64,000 nucleotides of DNA, from contig CAZEMS010000006.1 in the NCBI GenBank assembly GCA_964513475.1, forward strand, positions 34,031-98,030, read 5' to 3'. A program made the position numbers and the translations under genes. How positions within the stretch are numbered: position 1 is the first letter of the stretch; every line of letters starts with the position of its first letter. Below are positions 55,545 to 64,000 of this stretch, piece by piece. The stretch comes from an uncultured Mycobacterium sp. Lineage in GTDB: Bacteria; Actinomycetota; Actinomycetes; Mycobacteriales; Mycobacteriaceae. Below the pieces are notes generated by a model. The model ran no database searches, had not been told where the DNA came from, and saw only the letters and a program-made list of their open reading frames with translations.

Positions 55545-56753
55545 TCAGTTCCGGAGCGCCCGGCCTACTGTCGCGACCATCGCATCGACGGCGAACTTGG
55601 GCTTGACGTTGACCGTCAGCGATTCCCGGCATTCCAGCACCGCTTCTATGCACCGCAACAACCTGTCCGGTGACGCGTGGGCGGCAAGGGCCGCTACCTT
55701 CTCAGCCATGTCCGGGTGGTTGGCCCGAACCGTTCCCGACCCGGACGAGACCAGCATCGCGTCCCGGAAATAGGTGGCGAGGTCGATCAACGCACGATCC
55801 AGCGCGTCGCGCGAGGCGCGGGTGTGGCGTGACTTCTGCCGCCGCTCGAGGTCCTTGATGGCCCCCGCCGCACCGCGAAGAGCCCCAGCGGTGCCCTTGC
55901 CAGTGCCGCCGGCACCCAGCGCGGTCCGCAGTTCCTCGGTCTCGAGCTCGTTACGTCCGGCCGTCAGGGCCTTGGCCTCCGCTTCAGCGGCTTCCACGAG
56001 TTCTTCGGCTGCGGCGTAGGCACGTGACGGCGTCGCCGCATCGCGTGCCAGGCTCAGCGCGCGCTGACGCCGCAGCCGAGCGTCCTCGTCGATGGCGAGC
56101 CTCCGCGCACGGCCGACGTGGCCGCCGCTGACCGACGCCGCCCACTGCGCCTCCTGCCGGGACAGGCCGTCGGATTCGATCAGTACTCGCGCGATCGCGT
56201 CGACAGCAGGTGTCACCAGCGCCAGGTGCCGGCATCGGGAGCGCAGCGTGATCGCAATGTCCTCCGGGTCGACCGACGGCGCGCACAAGACGAAGACCGT
56301 CGACGGGGGCGGCTCCTCGACGACCTTCAGCAGTGCGTTCGCCGCACCCTCGGTGAGTCGGTCGGCGTCCTCGATCAGCACCACCTGCCAGCGGCCGGTG
56401 CTGGGGCGCCGCGCCGCGACCTGAACGATGGCCCGCATCTCACTCACCCCGATCGACAACCCCTCGGGAACGACGCGGCGCACGTCGGCGTGGGTGCCGG
56501 CCATCGTGGTGAGGCAGGCCCGGCAGCCGCCGCACCCGGGAACACCGTCGGAAGTGCACTGCAGGGCGGCAGCAAAGCACTGTCCCGCGATGGACCGCCC
56601 GGATCCGGGTGGCCCGGTGAGAAGCCAGGCGTGTGTCATGGTCGCTGCGGCGGCGTCGATGTGAGCGGTATCACCGCGCGCCGCCGCCGCTGCCGCCACC
56701 AGCTCGGCTTCCACCGCGTCCTGCCCCACCAGCCGCGAAAACACCCCGCTCAT
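55545..56753 (-). CDS. holB: DNA polymerase III subunit delta'
   Basis: HAWLLTGPPGSGRS, CGGCRAC, HADV, AANALLKVVEEPP, TLRSRC. Confidence 0.93.
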   Translation of the reverse strand: MSGVFSRLVGQDAVEAELVAAAAAARGDTAHIDAAAATMTHAWLLTGPPGSGRSIAGQCFAAALQCTSDGVPGCGGCRACLTTMAGTHADVRRVVPEGLSIGVSEMRAIVQVAARRPSTGRWQVVLIEDADRLTEGAANALLKVVEEPPPSTVFVLCAPSVDPEDIAITLRSRCRHLALVTPAVDAIARVLIESDGLSRQEAQWAASVSGGHVGRARRLAIDEDARLRRQRALSLARDAATPSRAYAAAEELVEAAEAEAKALTAGRNELETEELRTALGAGGTGKGTAGALRGAAGAIKDLERRQKSRHTRASRDALDRALIDLATYFRDAMLVSSGSGTVRANHPDMAEKVAALAAHASPDRLLRCIEAVLECRESLTVNVKPKFAVDAMVATVGRALRN

Positions 56754-56837
56754 CACCGCCAACCCTACTGTTGACAGCCGACACGGCGCCGCCGGCAAGC
56801 GGCCCGAAGGATTCCGGCGGCCCGTTACGGTGATCAG

Positions 56838-58436
56838 GTGAACTCCGTGGCGGTACCGATGGGGCGAATCCGCGGATTCTTCCGCTGGGTCGCGCGCACG
56901 CCGTGGCCGGTCTTCACCCTGGGGATGCTGCAGGCCGACATCATCGGCGCGCTGTTCGTGCTGGGCTTCCTGCGCTTCGGACTGCCGCCACAGGACCGCA
57001 TCCAACTACAGGACCTACCGACACCGAACTTGGTGTTCTTCCTCGCCTACCTGTTCGTTTCGTTCACCGTCGGGGCCTACGTGAGCCTGCGCCTGTTGGT
57101 CCCGGTGATCCGGTGGCAGCGCCACGACACCCTGCTCGCCGACAGCGACCCCGCGACTACCGAACTGGCCCGCGCGCGGGCCTTGCGGATGCCCTTCTAC
57201 CGGTCGGTGATCAGCGCCAGCAACTGGTGCCTGGGCTCGATTGCCTTCATCGTCGCCAGTTGGCCGGTGGCCAGCCGATCGGCTCCTGTGGTGGCGGTCG
57301 CGGTCGCTCTGGGCGCCACCGCCACGGCCATCATCGGCTACCTGCAGTCCGAGCGCACCCTGCGCCCGGTGGCGGTGGCCGCGTTGCGCGCCGGGGTGCC
57401 GGAGAACTTCCATGCCCCCGGTGTGGTCCTGCGGCAGCTTCTCACCTGGGTACTGTCCACCGGGGTACCCGTATTGGCGATCGTGCTGGCGCTGGTCGCC
57501 AGCAAGTTCGACATTCTCACCGCACCCGCCGACCGACTCAACACACCGGTGCTGCTGCTGGCGATCGCCGCACTGGTCATCGGGCTGGCCGGTACCTTGC
57601 TGGTGGCCATGTCCATCGCCGACCCACTGCGCCAGCTGCGCTGGGCGCTGAGCGAGGTACAGCGCGGCAACTACAACGCGCACATGCAGATCTACGACGC
57701 CAGCGAGCTGGGACTGCTGCAGGCCGGATTCAACGACATGGTCCGAGAACTCTCCGAACGTCAGCGCCTGCGCGACCTGTTCGGCCGCTATGTCGGTGAA
57801 GACGTCGCCCGCCGAGCTCTGGAACGCGGCACCGAACTGGGCGGCCAGGAGCGAGACGTCGCGGTGCTCTTCGTCGACCTCGTCGGCTCCACCGAGCTCG
57901 CCTCGACCATCCCTGCCGCCGATGTAGTCAACATCCTCAACGAGTTCTTCCGGGTGATCGTCGACACCGTCAGGCACCACGGCGGATTCGTCAACAAGTT
58001 TCAGGGCGATGCCGCGCTGTGCATATTCGGCGCTCCGATCGAGCACCCGGACGCCTCCGGTGCAGCGCTTGCAGCGTCGCGGGAACTGCACGACGAACTG
58101 ATCGCGGTACTGGGCTTCATCGACTTCGGCATCGGGGTCTCCGCAGGTCGCGCCATCGCCGGGCACATCGGCGCGCAGGCCAGATTCGAGTACACCGTGA
58201 TCGGGGATCCGGTCAACGAGGCCGCTCGGCTCACCGAGTTGGCGAAGCTGGAGGAAGGCCGCGTACTGGCCTCGGCGATCGCCGTCAGCGGAGCTCTGGA
58301 CGCCGAAGCCCTGTGCTGGGACGTGGGCGAGATCGTGGAACTGCGGGGCCGGATCGCTCCCACCCAGCTGGCGCGGCCGGTGAACTCCACCCGGACCGGC
58401 GACGTTCCCGAGGTCCCCAGCGACGCTAAGCGCTAG
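56838..58436 (+). CDS. Membrane class III adenylate cyclase with HAMP domain (Rv3645-like)
   Basis: Six TM helices, HAMP, LFVDLVGST, KFQGDA, YTVIGDPVNEAARL. Confidence 0.92.
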   Translation: MNSVAVPMGRIRGFFRWVARTPWPVFTLGMLQADIIGALFVLGFLRFGLPPQDRIQLQDLPTPNLVFFLAYLFVSFTVGAYVSLRLLVPVIRWQRHDTLLADSDPATTELARARALRMPFYRSVISASNWCLGSIAFIVASWPVASRSAPVVAVAVALGATATAIIGYLQSERTLRPVAVAALRAGVPENFHAPGVVLRQLLTWVLSTGVPVLAIVLALVASKFDILTAPADRLNTPVLLLAIAALVIGLAGTLLVAMSIADPLRQLRWALSEVQRGNYNAHMQIYDASELGLLQAGFNDMVRELSERQRLRDLFGRYVGEDVARRALERGTELGGQERDVAVLFVDLVGSTELASTIPAADVVNILNEFFRVIVDTVRHHGGFVNKFQGDAALCIFGAPIEHPDASGAALAASRELHDELIAVLGFIDFGIGVSAGRAIAGHIGAQARFEYTVIGDPVNEAARLTELAKLEEGRVLASAIAVSGALDAEALCWDVGEIVELRGRIAPTQLARPVNSTRTGDVPEVPSDAKR

Positions 58437-58446
58437 AGCCGGCCGG

Positions 58447-61254
<2,808 letters not shown>

Positions 61255-61365
61255 CTGTGCTTACGCTCCACTTCCCTAGGCGCCGGCGAACGATCCGGCC
61301 CGTCGGCAACTGACAATTTGGCACCCGACGCGGCGCGACGCAAACTGCCTCTTCGTCTCAAGAGC

Positions 61366-61956
61366 TTAGGTGTGAGGCCACTGATTGACTGCCTCTTCCC
61401 CGTCAGGGGGCTCTCCGACGTTCTCTACCAGGCGCGATAGTCGCCGGCGGCCGCTGATCCGCAGCGCCGGCCGGGCTCCGCGGGTGCCGATCAGGGTGGG
61501 AGCGATTCCGACCCGCATCATGGCCGAGGCGAGCGCGGCGTGAGTGTCCGGAGCGTGGGGGTCCAGACCCAGCAGGTAACGCTCAGCCTCGGGCGTCCCG
61601 GCCGCCAGGGTCCAGGCCCGCAGCTCACGGGGACCGGGCAACCACTGCGGCGGGACCGTCTTGACCGCCCCACGGGTCCAGTCCGCAGCAATGGGTAGCA
61701 GCCGCGAGTCGGAGCCGGTGCGCACCAAGGGGGTGTTCTCGTCGGTACGTGTGATCTCCGGGTTCAGCCCCGCTTCGGAGATCATCTCGGCAAGCGCCTC
61801 AGCTCGCCACGACCGGTCCACCACGACCGACAGCCGCGCCCCCCTGCCCTCACCGCTGCCGACCAGCACGATCTGGCCGGGGCCGGCGAGCAACCCGGTC
61901 AGGTCGGAAACCTCGGGGGGCACCGACTCAGCCGAGAAGAAAGACAGCTGGCTCAC
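61366..61956 (-). CDS. Conserved hypothetical (Rv3647c-like), LAGLIDADG-like pattern
   Basis: SQLSFFSAES start; synteny cspA-X-topA; fold resemblance judged by eye. Confidence 0.8.
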   Translation of the reverse strand: MSQLSFFSAESVPPEVSDLTGLLAGPGQIVLVGSGEGRGARLSVVVDRSWRAEALAEMISEAGLNPEITRTDENTPLVRTGSDSRLLPIAADWTRGAVKTVPPQWLPGPRELRAWTLAAGTPEAERYLLGLDPHAPDTHAALASAMMRVGIAPTLIGTRGARPALRISGRRRLSRLVENVGEPPDGEEAVNQWPHT

Positions 61957-62029
61957 GGCATCGACAGTAAGCCAGTCGCACGCCACGGCGGCGCTACCCG
62001 GGCCGCAGTCGCGGCCCCCAATCGGAGAA

Positions 62030-62064
62030 CCCCTCGTGGCATCCGGATCGGATGCCACGAGGGG
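62030..62064 (-). terminator. Intrinsic terminator hairpin of cspA
   Basis: 16-bp perfect inverted repeat CCCCTCGTGGCATCCG-gat-CGGATGCCACGAGGGG followed by TTCTCCGATT on the minus strand. Confidence 0.8.
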
Positions 62065-62093
62065 CTGTGAGGTGCTAAGTCGTGCTCGCTTGC

Positions 62094-62297
62094 TTAGATG
62101 GAGCGCACTCCAGTGGCTTGCGGGCCCTTGGGGGACTGGCCGACCTCGAACTCGACCTTCTGATTCTCTTCCAGGGTGCGGAATCCCGAACCCTGAATCT
62201 CCGTGTAGTGGACGAACACATCGGCGGAGCCGTCCTCCGGCGCAATGAAACCGAAGCCCTTCTCTGCGTTGAACCACTTCACAGTTCCCTGTGGCAT
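62094..62297 (-). CDS. cspA: Cold shock protein A
   Basis: [27 protein letters not shown]. Confidence 0.97.
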   Translation of the reverse strand: MPQGTVKWFNAEKGFGFIAPEDGSADVFVHYTEIQGSGFRTLEENQKVEFEVGQSPKGPQATGVRSI

Positions 62298-62620
62298 CTT
62301 TCGTACTTTCCTTCTCTTCTTACCGGGTGCGGTCCACCGTGTTTCGGTGCACCGGGCCCGTTCCGACCGCCATACCTCGTGGAGTCGTCGGAACTCGGCC
62401 CGACCTACAACCCTCGCAGGAACCGCGATCGCAACGTCGATCCTGCGAGTGCCAGAACACGAACACAGAAGCTGCGACCGCGACTAGTCAACCACGTTCG
62501 GGGCTGCCGCGACAGTTTCGACGCAATCCGGTAGTGAACAATTCACCTAGACAGTGATCCATGGGGCCTCCCCACGCAGCCCACGCGGGCCGGTAGGTGG
62601 CCTGCAGGAGGGTATTCCGG

Positions 62621-64000
62621 GTGTCCGATTCGGGGTCAGCGTTCGGCCGCGAGCTGCTCGATTGCGCTGTCCGGGGCACCGATCCCGGTGAACACCCGCT
62701 ACGTCATGTCGCCGACCTGCCCGCTCGCCGCGGATGCCGGAAGGGCTGGCCGGCGTGGGCGCCCCCCGACGTGGTTCGCGCGTTCGGTGATCGCGGAGTG
62801 GACGCTCCGTGGTCACATCAGCATGCCGCCGCCGACCTGGCACACCACGGACATCACGTGGTGCTGAGCACCGGCACCGCTTCGGGCAAGTCGTTGGCGT
62901 ACCAGTTGCCGATCCTGTGCGCGCTCGCCGAGAATCCCAGAGCCCGCGCGCTGTACCTGTCGCCGACCAAAGCCCTGAGCCACGATCAGCTGCGCTCCGC
63001 CCAGGCGCTCACCGGGGCGGTGCCCGGGTGCCACGACGCCGCCCCGAGCTCATATGACGGCGACAGTCCGCCCGAAGTGCGCAGGTTCGCCCGCGAACAG
63101 TCCCGATGGGTCTTCTCCAATCCCGACATGATTCACCTGGCCCTGCTGCGCAACCATCCCCGCTGGGCAGTCTTCCTGCGCAATCTGCGGTACGTCGTCG
63201 TCGACGAATGCCACTACTACCGAGGTATTTTCGGCTCGAACGTGGCAATGGTCCTACGCCGACTGCTGCGGTTGTCGGCCCACTACTGCGCCGACTCCTC
63301 CGCAACCCCGACGGTCATCTTCGCCAGTGCGACCACCGCCTCCCCCGCCGCCACCGCCGCCGAGTTGATCGGCCAGACGGTCACCGAAGTGACCGAGGAT
63401 GGGTCTCCGCAGGGCGCGCGAACGGTCGCACTGTGGGAGCCCGCGCTCCTCACCGACCTGGTCGGCGAGAACGGAGCACCGGTACGGCGCTCCGCGGGCG
63501 CCGAAGCTGCGCGCCTGATGGCCGACCTGGTGGCCGAAGGTGCCCGGACCTTGACTTTCGTCCGCTCCCGTCGCGGCGCCGAACTGATTGCGCTGGGCGC
63601 CCGGGCGCGGTTGGCGGACTCAGCACCCGAGCTCGCCGACAACGTCGCCTCCTACCGTGCCGGCTACCTGGCCGAGGACAGGCGCGCACTGGAAGGCGCC
63701 CTGGCCGACGGCGACCTGCGTGGTCTGGCCACCACCAATGCGCTGGAACTGGGTGTCGACATCGCCGGCCTCGATGCGGTGCTGATGGCGGGGTTCCCGG
63801 GCACGGTCACCTCGTTCTGGCAACAGGCCGGCCGCTCAGGGAGGCGGGGCCAAGGGGCGCTCATCGTGCTGATTGCCCGTGACGACCCGCTGGACACCTA
63901 CCTGGTGCATCATCCGTCGGCCCTACTGGAACGCCCCATCGAGCGCGTCGTGATCGATCCCACGAACCCGTATGTGCTTGGACCACAACTCCTCTGCGCG
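62621..64000 (+). CDS. sftH: DEAD/DEAH-box helicase of the SftH/YprA/Hrq1 (Rv3649) family, 3'-truncated by the window edge; absent from the ORF track
   Basis: AGGAGG RBS then GTG; GTASGKS, DECH, ASAT, TNALELGVDI, QQAGRSGRR in one open frame. Confidence 0.9.
   Translation, partial: MSDSGSAFGRELLDCAVRGTDPGEHPLRHVADLPARRGCRKGWPAWAPPDVVRAFGDRGVDAPWSHQHAAADLAHHGHHVVLSTGTASGKSLAYQLPILCALAENPRARALYLSPTKALSHDQLRSAQALTGAVPGCHDAAPSSYDGDSPPEVRRFAREQSRWVFSNPDMIHLALLRNHPRWAVFLRNLRYVVVDECHYYRGIFGSNVAMVLRRLLRLSAHYCADSSATPTVIFASATTASPAATAAELIGQTVTEVTEDGSPQGARTVALWEPALLTDLVGENGAPVRRSAGAEAARLMADLVAEGARTLTFVRSRRGAELIALGARARLADSAPELADNVASYRAGYLAEDRRALEGALADGDLRGLATTNALELGVDIAGLDAVLMAGFPGTVTSFWQQAGRSGRRGQGALIVLIARDDPLDTYLVHHPSALLERPIERVVIDPTNPYVLGPQLLCA

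Noticed and set aside
62592-62615. GGGTAT as a SigF -10 upstream of sftH
   Set aside because: No GTTT -35 at the required spacing; it overlaps the AGGAGG RBS.

Overview
GC-rich mycobacterial chromosome, most likely a rapid-growing Mycolicibacterium. It is collinear with the M. tuberculosis Rv3577-Rv3649 interval: rlmB-cysS-ispF-carD, lpqE-radA-disA, canB, mutY, mhuD, clpC1-lsr2-lysS, pan/coaX, fol-ftsH, hpt-tilS-dacB-ppa, tRNA-Thr, holB-cya-topA-cspA-sftH. Orthology calls come from remembered protein sequences, motifs and synteny, not database searches. Departures from the backbone: (1) an iron module feoA-feoB-Nfu-like-ferritin behind a candidate IdeR box; (2) ispD is missing from the carD-ispD-ispF operon, and an 11-codon mini-ORF with ispD-like start/stop geometry sits in its place; (3) a lone PLP-dependent D-amino-acid enzyme between lysS and coaX; (4) uraD-like (catalytic His replaced by Tyr) plus allantoicase; (5) a tightly coupled five-gene run of Pls/PosA-type membrane NRPS, M1 aminopeptidase, flippase-like protein, GalE and a GT-C-like membrane protein; (6) a CHASE3-HAMP-PAS-EAL gene next to tRNA-Thr(CGT). 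The conserved hypothetical upstream of topA looks like a catalytically dead double LAGLIDADG protein. No CRISPR array, transposase, integrase or prophage gene was seen.
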